Below, in pieces: positions 1-18,180 of a stretch of DNA of 64,000 nucleotides (the stretch's first letter is position 1; every line of letters starts with the position of its first letter). The translations under genes and the position numbers were made by a program. Below the pieces are notes generated by a model. The model had not been told where the DNA came from, did no database searches, and worked only from the letters and a program-made list of their open reading frames with translations. The stretch is from the NCBI RefSeq assembly GCF_009914755.1, contig NC_060929.1, one strand, 5' to 3'. Origin of the DNA: the human T2T-CHM13v2.0 reference genome, Homo sapiens.

Positions 1-162
1 AAAATCCCCCTCCTTGTCTAGTCACGCCTTAGAGGCACGGCCCTGAGATCCCGATGACACATTCATAACAGGTGACAGGTCCGACATGTTTACTTCTTAC
101 TAGCCCAAAGAGGTCTTCAAAGCAAATCGCATCATAACAGTCACCCGCTCCTGCCTCTTTAG

Positions 163-301
163 GGCTGACCAGGGTCGCCTCCTGGACTGCGTGGTGCGAT
201 GGGGAAGCCTCACTGAAGGGAAGATCAGGGCGCACCTGGGGGAGGTTCTGGAAGCTGTCCGGTACCTGCACAACTGCAGGATAGCACACCTGGACCTAAA
301 G
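163..301 (+). CDS. TRIO: TRIO penultimate coding exon (kinase subdomains V-VIb: ADQGRLLDCVVRWGSLTEGKIRAHLGEVLEAVRYLHNCRIAHLDLK)
   Basis: Pyrimidine tract + AG at 161-162, GT donor at 302. The translation ends in HLDLK, which joins PEN of the next exon to form the catalytic loop HLDLKPEN. Confidence 0.95.
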
Positions 302-920
302 GTTGGTGAGGCCCCGGGCAGGTGAAGGGGGGTCTGAGCACACCGGCTTGGCCATGCGGGACACAGAGCCCCCTCTGAAGCCAGGCCAGGAGCCCCCAAG
401 TGACTAGGGACAAAAAGGGTGGGTGGGGCAGCGCAGACACTGATTGCTAATCTCTCTCTCTAAGCGTTTGCGTTCAGTGATGCACACGGTCAGGAGCACA
501 CTGGGTAAAACGCCGGAGCCCTCCCAGCCTTCCACGACTTTCAGAAAGTCCCCATGAGTTTTGCCCGGTGGGTGTGGCGGGTGCAGTGGTAGCTTAGGCG
601 GGAAAGAGAGCATTCCCCTTGGTGCTGGGAGGGAAAATGAACACCCAGCTTCATAAAGCAGCCTGGTTTCATTAGGCTACTTGGCACTTAGATCTCCAAA
701 GAGAGCTGCCCTGTGTGGATCTGGGTCCCAGCTCCGCTGTGTCATCTCTTCCTCCTCACCCTCGGCTGCCAGCTGAGTGGTCCGGCCTGCTTTGCACATG
801 CATGGCTTGTCCTAGTTGACATCCTAGATTCCTTCCACCTCACCATAGAGTCCCGCCCATCATCACGAGTAAGCTTAAGATTGGATGGTCTGAAAATGAC
901 AGTTGTATTCTGATTTCCAG

Positions 921-1463
921 CCTGAGAATATCCTGGTGGATGAGAGTTTAGCCAAGCCAACCATCAAACTGGCTGACTTTGGAGATGCTGTTCAGCTCAA
1001 CACGACCTACTACATCCACCAGTTACTGGGGAACCCTGAATTCGCAGCCCCTGAAATCATCCTCGGGAACCCTGTCTCCCTGACCTCGGATACGTGGAGT
1101 GTTGGAGTGCTCACATACGTACTTCTTAGTGGCGTGTCCCCCTTCCTGGATGACAGTGTGGAAGAGACCTGCCTGAACATTTGCCGCTTAGACTTTAGCT
1201 TCCCAGATGACTACTTTAAAGGAGTGAGCCAGAAGGCCAAGGAGTTCGTGTGCTTCCTCCTGCAGGAGGACCCCGCCAAGCGTCCCTCGGCTGCGCTGGC
1301 CCTCCAGGAGCAGTGGCTGCAGGCCGGCAACGGCAGAAGCACGGGCGTCCTCGACACGTCCAGACTGACTTCCTTCATTGAGCGGCGCAAACACCAGAAT
1401 GATGTTCGACCTATCCGTAGCATTAAAAACTTTCTGCAGAGCAGGCTTCTGCCTAGAGTTTGA
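921..1463 (+). CDS. TRIO: TRIO last coding exon (kinase C-lobe: PENILVDES...LADFG...APE...DTWSVG...LQSRLLPRV*)
   Basis: Acceptor TTTCCAG ends at 920; DFG, APE and DxWSxG kinase motifs present; C-terminus recognised as TRIO; TGA at 1461-1463. Confidence 0.96.
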   Translation, partial: PENILVDESLAKPTIKLADFGDAVQLNTTYYIHQLLGNPEFAAPEIILGNPVSLTSDTWSVGVLTYVLLSGVSPFLDDSVEETCLNICRLDFSFPDDYFKGVSQKAKEFVCFLLQEDPAKRPSAALALQEQWLQAGNGRSTGVLDTSRLTSFIERRKHQNDVRPIRSIKNFLQSRLLPRV

Positions 1464-2049
1464 CCTATCCAGAAGTTCTTTCTCATTCTCTTTCACCTGC
1501 CAATCAGCTGTTAATCTGAATTTTCAAGAGAAAACAAGCAAACATAACTGATCAGCTGCCGGTATGTTCATCGTGTGAAATTGCATTCCAAGTGAGCTGT
1601 GCTCAGCAGTGCTTGGACACAGAGCTGCAAGCTGCGCTGGGGTGGAGGACCGTCACTTACACTCTGCCCAAGGCAGAGGTCGCATTGCTGTATCACAGTA
1701 TTTTATTCAGGTTTCTGCAAAAAAATAAAAAGATAACTTTTTTAAACAAACATGAATAGAATTTTGCAAATTTAACGTTTTCAAGATTTATTCAAGGAAA
1801 CAAAATGCCTATGTTCAACCACTGGTGTTAATGAACAAAGATACTGTGCGTCTCTGGGGAAGACGCACCTAGGTGGCGGCCACTCCCATGGCCTTGTCTA
1901 GGACTCAGAGACCACTCGGCTCTGAGCTTCCAGGCGCCTCGTCTGTGTGCATCTCACGCCCGACGTGGCTTCTGAAACGTGCATTCAACCTCAAACTTTT
2001 GCATAAAATAGAATGAATCGTTTTGCTCTGATGAAATGTAGGCCTTACT

Positions 2050-3197
2050 TGTATATAAGACTGTTCCTGCCTTCGGTCTGTCATTTTCCCACCTGCCTCC
2101 CCTACCCACCCCCCACCCACCACCTGGGGCTTCCTCTGGGGGTCCGAGGGTCTTCCCATCACATGAAGACATCAGGTTGGGTCCTGCCCCACTGCCCCTC
2201 CCCCTGTTCCTGCCCCAAGCCGTCAATCAGATTGTGGAGCAGTACACAGTCAGATGAAAATACTGTAAATGCACTCATTGGGGGTTTTTTGGTTTTACTT
2301 CATATCATGTGCAATGTTGTGGCTTTAACATTTTATGCAACTATTTATGAAGACCTCTGTTGTACCTGTAATAAATATATAGAAAAAGCACATACTTCGT
2401 ATGGTGAGCTTTATGGTTTTGTGTGTGTGTTGGGGTTGGCGGGTGGGTGGGTAGGGTCGTAGCCCTGTGCCATCGGTTCAAAGAGACTTTTCGTGAAATT
2501 TGTTGGTTTTGAGGACTGTAAAAGTGATTTCATACTCTGAATATAAAACTGGATAATAGGGTAATGTTTTAAAATTTATTATGCTATTATTCAGAATGCC
2601 AAAGTATTATTTTTTTTCCCAAAATCAGTCTGGACATTTACTACTTTTTAGACTTTTTGACGTTGAACTTTCTGTATAAAAATTGGCTGGGTTTTGAGCT
2701 TTTGGTAAGAAATAAAAGCCGATTAAGCACTGGCCGCCCCGCGGCTGGTACCCAATGCCCGAGTCACTGTGGCAGCATTCGCACTGGTGTGGGGAGTCCT
2801 TTCAACTCAAGGAGGCTGGGTTTCTGGGCACCCTCGAAGTTTTCTGGATGTCTTTTTATCTTTCTCGTGTGAACTGCACTACAAAAGAGACCAGCCCGCT
2901 TCCCAAGCCAGCCAGACACCTGGGTCTTGAGCCATAAACTGGCGTAGTTAAGCTTTGCAGCTTCCAGTGTATTTTATTTATTCTTTTGTTGGGTTTTTGT
3001 TTGTTTCTTCTTGTAAAATTGTACAGAAACTTTTTAAAAGAAATTGGATTCGAAACTGGATGTGTATTCGTAACCTCATAATTTTTATTTGTGTATTGTT
3101 TCTTTTATTATTTCAGTTAAATTTTTACATTATTTTGCATGTATATTTCTTTGTACAGAGACCTTACATGTTTACACAGTATGATGTGATGTAAATA
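2050..3197 (+). promoter_or_regulatory. Two canonical Pumilio response elements (TGTATATA 2050-2057; TGTAAATA 3190-3197) in the TRIO 3'UTR
   Basis: Exact UGUAHAUA matches; function is inferred only. Confidence 0.45.
2370..2375 (+). terminator. Poly(A) signal AATAAA (likely major proximal TRIO site)
   Basis: TGTA motifs immediately upstream; GU-rich downstream element GGTTTTGTGTGTGTGTT at ~2415-2431. Confidence 0.8.
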
Positions 3198-3226
3198 TTT
3201 TATTTTGCCATCAGTTATTTTAAAAA

Positions 3227-3232
3227 ATTAAA
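3227..3232 (+). terminator. Poly(A) signal ATTAAA (distal TRIO site)
   Basis: TGTA-rich upstream region and downstream TTTTTGTGT. Further AATAAA hexamers at 1724-1729 and 2711-2716. Confidence 0.65.
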
Positions 3233-4593
3233 CATATTTGCCTGATTTTTGTGTTAGGCTTTTTATTTAAATTGGTCACTGTTGAATCAGAAAGACAGAT
3301 GGCTGAGGGAGAGACTGATGCAGAGACTTCTCGTGGGCGGGAGGTGGCAGAATGTACTGGATTGAGAACCCTCTGTACACACTCAGAAATGGGAGTTGCT
3401 CAGCCTCCTGCAGACTGGTTCACAGACACCACACTCGAGACCCTGGTATGTGCCAGAATGTCGACTGACCGTGCACAGCGAGGCTGTAGCTTGTCCTGGT
3501 TAGAATAGCTAAGGCACCCTGTTGCCTGATGAACACAGAATTAAGCGAGGGAAGAGCTCGTTCATGCTGGCCTCAGAAAAGCAAAGGTAATGTCCAGATA
3601 GATTCAAGAAAATGAAACAGTTTCATTTGGTTGAGAATAAACCAAAGATCCTGCACCTGGGAGAAGACTCGCCAGTGGTGGCCCTGCCTCGGCCTCGGCC
3701 CTGGGCCCACCCAGTCCAAGGGGACTTGCAGCCAAGTGGCTTCCACAGCTCTGCCACCCTGCTGACAGTAGCTTATTTTTTCCAATGACCGTATCTTCTC
3801 TCTTGATTCTTTCTGGCTTTCCTTCTGGGCTGATGACTTTCATTGTTCAGCACACCATCAGTAACAGGTATTCTTTCTCATCTGTTTGCTGAAGTCCTGA
3901 ATAGAAGGCTGACGTGAAAGGACACTTGTGCAGTCTCTAAGTCAGGACATGGGAAGCTAACTCCCTGAGGTGTGTGCCCGCCCAAGTCCCAGCGGTACCT
4001 ATGGCTCGGTGGGCTCTGGAGGGGGCGGAAATTCAAGGTTGGTTCTAATCTACCTGCCCAGCACAGCATCCTGCCCCAGGGGAGTTGCCTGGCCCACCAC
4101 AGTGCCACACCTGAGCAACACGAAGGAGGCGAGGGGTGTGTGGTGGTGTCCTTTAAATGGGACACTTGCTGAATGACCCAATGGAGTGGTTCTGCCTGTA
4201 AGATTAGCAGAACTCACTGTGCCCAGTGAAAGAGCCTCAGATGTTTGGTCTGTCATGATCATTAGATTTTTTTTTCTCAGATACCAAGATGTTTTACATT
4301 CTGCAAGTTATTCTAATATTTTAAATACTCGGATTTTCTTTAGCCCTAACAAGTCAGGGAAGTCAGTATTTTAGCAGAATTATGAACCTCATCTTAGAGG
4401 AAGCAATAATCTATTAGATTAGATTAGTTCTTTGATTACTGTAGCTATACAGTAAGTCTTGAAAGCAAGTAGACATCCCCCCCCACTTTATTTTTTTTCC
4501 AAATTGTTTCTGCTAATCTAGTTCCTTTGCCTTTATGAATTTTGGAATAGCCTTGTTTATAACTACAAATATTAGACCATCTTAGACCACTAG

Positions 4594-5073
<480 letters not shown>

Positions 5074-5373
5074 TATATTATATTTATTTATGTGAAATTT
5101 AACTTACAGAAAATACATACGTCAATAAATTTTTATACATGTATATATCTGTGATCACCACCCAAAGCAAACTATAAAACGTTTCTGTTATCCATTATCC
5201 TCCCCCCCAGGAGGGTCTGTCTCACCCCTTCCCAGTCAATCTCTCCCTCCCAAGGTAATCACTGTTCTGATTTCTATCATTCATAGATATGTTTGCCTTT
5301 TAAGTAAAACTCATATATTACATGCTTTTTTAAAGTAGGTTGTACCTTTTATTTTGAGGCCATTGTAGATTCA

Positions 5374-5705
<332 letters not shown>

Positions 5706-6275
5706 GAAATGTACCCTTTGCCTGTGATAACATACACGATCGTACATCATCACAACCAGGATACTGACACTAACACTGTCAAGATGCAGAATATTTCCAC
5801 GACTACCAGGGCCCTCCTGTTGCCCTTTTATGGCCACACTTACTTCCCTTCTGCCACCACACCCTTCTTTAACCCCTGCCAACCACTTACATGTGCTCCA
5901 TTTCTATAACTTTGGCACGTTGAGAATGTTATTTAAACGAAATCACACAGTATGTAGCCTTTTGAAACAGGTGTTTTCTACGAGCATCATTATCTGGAAA
6001 TTAATCCAGATTGTTGTATCAAGAGGTTTTTTTTTCTTTTTATTACTGAGTAGTAGTTCACAGTGTGGATGGGCCACAACTGAACCATTCACCCATTGAA
6101 GGACATCTGAGGTTTTTTTTAGCTTTGGGTTGTTAAGAAATAGTTTGCATGAACATTCATTGTACAGATTTTCATATGAACATAAGTTTTCATTTCTCTG
6201 GGATAAGACAATTGGAAGATCATATTGTAGTCACATATTACATGTTTTAGGGTGCTGCCAAACTGTTTCCTAGAC

Positions 6276-6673
6276 CCGTGGTCCCCAACCTTTTTGGCGC
6301 CAGGGACCAACCAGTTTTGTGGAAGACAGTTTTTCCATGGATGGGGAAGGAGTGGGGGGATGGTTTCGGGATGAAACTGTCCCACCTCACATTATCAGGC
6401 ATTAGATTCTCATGAGCGTGCAACCTGGATCCCTCGCATACACAGTTCACAGTAGGGTTTGCATTCCTATGAGATTCTAACGCCCAGGCTGATCTGACAG
6501 GAGGCGGAGCTCAGGCAGTAATACAAGCAATAGGGAGTGGCTGTAAATACAGAAGAAGCTTCACTCATCGCCTGCCGCTCCCCTCCTGCTGTGTGGCCTG
6601 GTTCCCAACAGACTGCGGACCAGTAATTTTTACGGATCAGTACTGGTCCACGGCCTGGGGTTGGGGACCCCTG
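6276..6673. mobile_element. MER1A/MER1B hAT-Charlie DNA transposon
   Basis: TIRs ..GGTCCCCAACC / GGTTGGGGACCCCTG; 8-bp TSD TCCTAGAC / TTCTAGAC; splits the host L1. Confidence 0.88.
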
Positions 6674-7344
6674 TTCTAGACTGTACCATTTCACATTCCC
6701 ACCAGCAACGTATGCGTAATCCAGTTTCTTTGTCTCCTTACCAGCATTTGGTGGTGTCACTTTTTTAATGTGGCCAAACTGACAAGCGTGAAGTGATATC
6801 TTATTGTGGTTTTAATTTGTATTTCCCTGTTGGCGAATGATGTTGAATCTCTTTTCATGTGCTTATATGCACATCTTTATATTCTCTTCCCTGAAATGTC
6901 TCATCACATCTTTGGCCCATTTTCTTGTTGGATTGTTTGGTTTTTACTCGTTGAGTTCTGAGTGTTTGTTACATATTCTAGATACTAGTCCTTTGTCAGA
7001 GATATGGTTTGCAGATGTTCTCTCCTACTCTGTAGTGTCTTTTCTTCATCTTAACAGGATCTTTCACAGAGAAAAATTTTGATGAAGTCCGATTTAATAC
7101 TTTTGCCTTTTATGGATCAAGCTTTTGGTGTCAAGTCTAAGAACTCTACCTAGTTCTATATTAAAGATTTTTTCCCTAAGCTGCTTTTCCTAACAGTTTT
7201 TAAGTTTCACGTTTTACACTTTAGTCTATGATTCATTTTGAGCTAATTTTTATATGAAGTGTAAGGTTTAGGCTGAGGGTTTTGTTGTTTGCATATGGAT
7301 GTCCAATTGTTACAGCAACATTTGTTTTAAAAAGGCTTCCTTTT

Positions 7345-7666
<322 letters not shown>

Positions 7667-8270
7667 TCAGCTGGGACTATTTATGTAGGCCTATTCCTGG
7701 TTTCTCTACTCTGTTCCATTGATCTATTTATCCCTCCACCAATATCACACACACAGTCTTGATTACTGTAGCTATATAGTAAGTCTTGAAAGCAAGTAGA
7801 CATCCCCCCACTTTATTTTTTTTCAAAATTGTTTCTGCTAATCTAGTTCCTTTGCCTTTATAAATTTTACAATAGCCTTATTTATATCTACAAAATATCT
7901 TTCTGAGATTTTTATATGCATTGCATTAAATCTGTGTATCCATCTGGGGAGACCTGACATCTTTACTATGTTGACCCTTCCAATCCATGAATAGGGTATG
8001 TCTCCATTTATTCATATTTCCCTTGATTTCTTTCATCAGTAGTTCTACAAGTTCATATATTGTATATGTTTTATTAGAATTCTGCCTAAGTACTTCTTCT
8101 TTTAAACAATTATAAATATTTATTTTGAATTTTGGTGTGCATGCATTTATTGCTACTATATAGAAATACAGAATACAGTTGATTTTTGAATGCTCATCTC
8201 TTATCCCACATATTTGCTGAACTGAATTACTAGTTCTGAGTATTTTTTGTAGATTCTTTTTGGATTTTCC

Positions 8271-8722
<452 letters not shown>

Positions 8723-9042
8723 TTTTCTCCGCATACATTTAGAAACACATCACACAATGTTGTATGTTTTCACCTCAACCATCAAACTTAATTTAGAAAA
8801 CTAAAGAGGAAAAAGAAAATGTATTTACCCATACATTTCCTCTTTCCATTGTTCTCTCGTCCTGATTTTCTGAGATTGATTCCTTTATCCTTTCCTTTCT
8901 ACTTAGAGAACTTACTCTAGTCATTCTTTTAAGGCAGTCCTCCTAGCAACAAATTCTCTTAGTGTTCCTTCCTCTGAGAGCATCTTGACTCCCCCTTCAT
9001 TTTTGAAGGATATATTTTGCTGGGTATAAAATTCTGACAGTT

Positions 9043-10038
9043 GTAGGGGAGGCAGAGATTACCTCCAATCCTCCCTCTCCTTTTAGCTGTTAGTGAACTC
9101 TTCAGCTGGCTCTAGAAACCACATTGACACCAGGAAGATTAACAAGACAAAAGTATACAAATTTTATTAGTTTTACATATATGTGAGGACTTTTGCAAGA
9201 GAGTTAAGTCCAAAGATATGGCCAAAGCAAGATGCTTTTATACTTTTTAGACAAAGAATGATAAATTTGAGAAGAAATGACAGACAGGATAAAGAAAATC
9301 TGGGCTGGGCATCGTGATTCATGCCTGTAAGTCCAGCACTTTGGGAGGTTGAGGCAAGAGGATGACTTGAGGCCAAGAGTCCGAGACCAGCCTGAGCAAC
9401 ATAGCAAGACCCCATCTCTAAATATATATATATATATAAGCTGTGTGTTGGCACATGTCTTGTTCCTAGCTTCTTGGGAGGCTGTGGTGGGAGGATCACT
9501 TGAGCCCAGGTGCTCAAGGCTATAGTAAGGTATCTTAACCTCCTGACCTCAGGTGATCCACCCACCTTGGCATACCAAAGTGCTGGGATTTCAGGCATGG
9601 CCACCATGCCCAGGCTTTTTTTTTTTTTTTTTTTTCCTGAGATGGAGTCTTGCTCTGTCGCCTGAGCTGGAGTGCAGTGGCAGATCTTGAAGGCTGTGGT
9701 GAACTAGGATTGCACCACTGTGCTCCAGCCTGGGTGACAGAGCAAGACCCTGTCTCAAAAAGAAAATCTGGTAGAGGCAGTAAATTTTCTAGGGGAGTCG
9801 CTAGGAGATATATGTGGAGGGGTATGGGTATAAGACAGGTGGAAGGTGACGGTTACTTCATTAAGTATGTTTATTCAGGTTCCTTGCAGCCTCCAATTCC
9901 AAGCCTCTATTGATAAGGGCTATTTTCTTGCTCTGGCATGGTGACTGTACCCCTCCCAGAGGAATCTTTATGGCTTACTACATGCAGAAAGAGAAAGATC
10001 AGCTCGTCCTTTCTGAAACTACGATCCCTCCAATAACA
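9043..10038 (-). mobile_element. ERV1-type LTR (MER34/MER39-like), interrupted by a composite Alu
   Basis: TG...CA ends; GATTAACAAGACAAAAGTATACAAATTTTATT motif typical of this LTR group. Confidence 0.5.
9303..9760 (+). mobile_element. Composite AluJ-like element containing an inverted Alu junction fragment
   Basis: TSD AAAGAAAATCTGG at 9291-9303 and 9759-9771; internal minus-strand Alu pieces at ~9537-9687. Confidence 0.75.
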
Positions 10039-10039
10039 A

Positions 10040-10580
10040 AGAGGATGGAGAGTCTTGTTACTGTTCAGCAGAGGTGAAAGTTCTGCTTCCCCCATTTGGG
10101 CTTCTCTAACACCACGTTGGCAGAGGTGCCCCATTACAGCTGGGTGGGGGTGGAAGTCTGGGCTCTGCACTAGTCTTTGCTGGTGGGGTGAAGGTGGGAG
10201 CCACTGTTTTTTCTGTGATGAGTGGCTGGAGAAGAGCAGTTAATGTCTAAAGGTTTTCTGTCCTGCAGGCTGCCCCTTTCCTGTGCTCTTGTCTGAAGAG
10301 AGTAAGGTTTTGTTGGGACCTTTTCTGTCTGCAGCTATGGCATTTCCACATTGCTGGCTTCTTTAGCTCCATGTCTGGGATACATGAGGCAAAAAGAAAT
10401 CCCAGGGAACCCACCATCCTTAGGATTCCTCATTCCTGAAGCCCCACACGAGTCTGCTGTCTTCACCTTGCAGAGTCTTCTTATGTTTGTTTCATAGGTA
10501 ACATCGAGCTGTTTCCTGTAGGTAGTGGGAAGAATAGGAGAGAATATGTCTGCTCCATTTCCCAGAAGCAGAAATCCAGT
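10040..10580 (-). mobile_element. Ancient L1M 5' region fragment
   Basis: Resembles L1MC/MD 5'UTR; ends CCCAGAAGCAGAAATC. Confidence 0.5.
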
Positions 10581-11539
10581 ATCAGTGCTTCTTTTTCTAT
10601 TTGCTAGTTTTAGGATTATGTGACGTTGGTTTCCTGAGATAGGTATAAAACAACTGCTTGATCTTATTTTCAAAAGGGATCAATTGTATCAGTTATAGAA
10701 AGGGGAACCTACACAACCAATAACTGTCAGAATGTAAGCTCTTTGCACATTTCACTGTCTTGTACATTTTCTGCAGATTCATTTCTTGCCGACGTCTTAC
10801 TTAACTACCAGTAGTAATATTCTTCTACTATTCCACAGTAACCGAACCAGAATATCCAGAAAAAGGTAACTGATGACAGATGGTAAGTAAGAGACTGGCC
10901 AGGCTACAAGAGCCATTGGCCTGGGCAGGCTCTAACCACTCATTGCAGAGCGGTTCATGAGGCAGGATCAGAGGGGATGCAAAGGCCAGAGGGGAAAAGA
11001 ATGGACCCAAATAACTTCTGAAAGATGGGATTCAATGAATTGTCTAACAGAAGTTCTGAAAGAACCAAAGAAAGCAAAGAGAGAGCAGGCTTTCCAGGCA
11101 GTGAGCGCAGGTTAGGTCCAGGTGTCAATTGCTCTGGCAACGGCAAATGGTGGCGGAGGACAGCATAATTCTCATGTAATTTGAAGCAACAGAACATTTG
11201 CTTCCACGAATATCTTTCTCCATTGGCCATTTCTTATTTACAATTCAAAAATTGTACCAGGGTTTCTCTTTCAGGATGTGTCCGCCATCCTATTGAAGTT
11301 CAGGGGCTTGCATTCGGGACTGCTGAGATTCCCAGAGCATTTTCCTGCTCTAGGAAAGTTAGACGGTTTGCAAGGCAAAGTCTCTTGTGAAAGTCCAAGA
11401 AGAGTAGAGGCTTTAAAACTAGTTGCCTCGTTTATAATTACTGCATATTTAATAGAAAACATATGCCTGTCTGCTCCATTTTTGAAGGTTAGAAACCTCT
11501 TTTACTCAGCTTTATCCAATCCATCCATTTCTTTATGAT

Positions 11540-13260
<1,721 letters not shown>

Positions 13261-13645
13261 TTTATGACTACATTTATCTTCTATTCATGTGCATCTACAG
13301 GAAAGTGTATGTCAGAACAAGTGGCATTAAAACAGGCTTCCGAGACACGCCCTGTTGATAATTTGAGAATTGCCTACACTGCTGGATTGTTAAGATATGC
13401 TAATGACCTGGTTTCCATATTTATTTATAAATGTTTACACCAAAAGAGAAAAGATGCAAAGTATCACTTTTTTTTTGCAAACATGAAAATTATCTCCAGC
13501 ACTAAGCTCTCCCAAGCAGTTATCACAGGGGGTAATCCAAAGGCATGAGAATGTCAGTGTTCCTTGATTTCCTTTCTCAATTTTATGGCCGAATGCACAA
13601 AATAGGAAACAGACATGAGAGGAGGCCTTAGAACGGTGCAGGTGT

Positions 13646-13949
13646 GACTGGGCATGGTGGCTCATGCCTGTACTCCCAGCACTTGGGAGACTGAGGCGGG
13701 CGGACCACCTGAGGTCAGGAGTTTGAGACCAGCCTGGCCAACATGGTGAAACCCCGTCTCTACTAAAAATATAAAAATTAGCTGGGCATGGTGGCGGGCG
13801 CCTGTAATCCCAGCTACTTGGAGGCTGAGGCACGAGAATCACTTGAACCTAGGAGGCAGAGGTTGCCGTGAGCCAAGATTGCACCACTGCACTCCAGCCT
13901 AGGCAATAGAGTGAGACTCTGTCTCAAAAAAAAAAAAAAAAAAAAAAAA
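13646..13949 (+). mobile_element. AluSx-like
   Basis: Full dimer; degenerate TSD AACGGTGCAGGTGT / AACGGCACAGGTGT. Confidence 0.9.
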
Positions 13950-14122
13950 GAACTGCAACGGCACAGGTGTTGATTCACTTTCCGGTACTCTCTGGAGCAC
14001 TCTATATTTCTTTGAGACCTCTTCTCCCCTGGGACTTCCTTAGGCAGAAACCCTTGGTCGCCTTCTCTAACAACATGAGCTCCTTCCCTAGGTGACCTCA
14101 GCTGGTCTGGTGCCTTTGTATT

Positions 14123-14595
14123 TGCATTAGTTGCCTGTGGAACTGTTACAAATCACCACAAATGTGGTGGCTTAAAACAAAAGAAACTCCCTAACAGATG
14201 TGGAGGCCAGTACCCAAAATCAGTATCAGGAGGCAGAAAGCAAGGTGTCTGCACAGCCATGGCCCCCAACTCCCTTCCTCTTTCAGTGCCCGGTAGCTGC
14301 TGTGGCTCCTTGCCATGTGGCCACATCAGGTCAGTCTTCAAGGCCAGCATCTTCAGTCTCCCTCTGTTCCTCTTCACATTGTCTTCTGTGTTAAATTCCC
14401 CTCTGACTCCCTCCTCTAAGGACACTTGTGATGACATTTAGGGCCTAGCCGGATAGTCCAGTGTCATCTCCCTGTCTCGAGATCCTTACACACATCCACA
14501 GACTCTTTCTTGCCACAGAAGGTAAGTAACCTTCACGGGTTCCAGGGACTCGGCTGTGGATATCTTCTGGGGCCTCCCAAGCCATCTCTGTGCCA
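14123..14595 (-). mobile_element. MLT1C-like MaLR LTR
   Basis: ACAAATCACCACAAATGTGGTGGCTTAAAACAA...TCTAAGGACACTTGTGATGACATTTAGGGCC motifs. Confidence 0.75.
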
Positions 14596-14599
14596 ACAA

Positions 14600-15830
<1,231 letters not shown>

Positions 15831-16684
15831 TAGTGCATAATCAATAAGGTCTCTTCTTGTGGGTTCCTCTGCCCTTCTTGAGACCCCATGACATCCTTCC
15901 TGGGCACTCAGCCTGAGCTCCACGATTTCCCAGAAACTCCTTTTGTCCACCTGGACTCCTTCAGTCCTGTCCTTTCATCCACCTGGGGCAGAGCTCTTCA
16001 TCTGTTGTCTGCCCCGGACTCTTTCAGGTGGTCAGGGGCCATGGGGGACCCAGCAGAGACAGGGCAGGCTGACCCCATCAGGGATAGAAGACAATAATTC
16101 CTGCTCTGCCTCTGTGCTCAGTTCCCAACACACAGATACATACATCTGAATACCCACTGCTGCCAAAGGGAAATGCATTTCATTCCATATTTTTAAAGTG
16201 AATGAATGAATGGAGTCCACTGTTAGAAATGAAATTTTAAAATGACCATATGGAGGAATGTACCAACTGGCCAAACACCAAAAGTTAGTTAATAATATAC
16301 AAAATCCTTTCTTGGATGGTGGGGGTGAGGGGTGCAGGGATTGCCACCTGTCAATCAGGGTCCTTTTGGAAACAGATGGCCCACTCACCTTGGGGAAGTT
16401 GAGAGTTTTAGAAAGGGCCATTGAAAGGTATGGACAGGGATATCAGGGTTGGCTCCTCCCATGTGCTGAGGGCAATACATTTTATAATCCTCCCTTCCTC
16501 CCTCCCTCCGTCCCTCCCTCCTTCCTCCTGCTGGTGCTCCCATTGGCCAATTCCAACCAAAAGCCAGAGGACAGGAGAGTCCCTTGATGAAGCCCTCAGA
16601 TTTCAGCCTCTACGGCAGGGAGAGGTACGCAGAGTGCATCTGAGGGACACCAGGAAAACAGGAAAGAGCAGACAGATGCAAGTA

Positions 16685-17862
<1,178 letters not shown>

Positions 17863-18180
17863 GTCCAGGCGCAGTGGCTCACACCTGTAATCTCAGCAAT
17901 TTGGGAGGCTGAGGCAGGCAGATCACTTGAGGTCAGGAGTTCGAGACCAGCCTGGCCAATATGGTGAAACCTTGTCTCCACTAAAAATACAAAAATTAGC
18001 CGGGCATGGTGGCAGGCACCTGTAATCCCAGCTACTCAAGAGGCTCAGGCAGGAGAATCGCTTGATCCCGGAAGGCGGAGGCTGCAGTGAGTCAAGATGG
18101 CGCCACTGCACTCCAGCATAGGCGACAGAGCGAGACACCATCTCAAAAAAATATAAATAAATAAATAAATAAATACATAA
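17863..18180 (+). mobile_element. AluSx/Sz-like with (TAAA)n tail
   Basis: Full dimer. Confidence 0.9.

Larger units (their letters stand above)
1464..3250 (+). other. TRIO: TRIO 3'UTR (tandem poly(A) isoforms)
   Basis: Repeat-free, AU-rich sequence after the stop codon with several poly(A) hexamers. The 3' end is inferred from ATTAAA at 3227-3232 followed by a U/GU-rich tract. Confidence 0.8.

Noticed and set aside
903-920. ORF-track start MYSDFQ for the kinase ORF
   Set aside because: Intronic; the exon begins after the AG at 919-920.
2013-2462. 149-aa ORF with a hydrophobic stretch
   Set aside because: Lies in the TRIO 3'UTR, runs through a poly(A) signal and has no recognisable domain.
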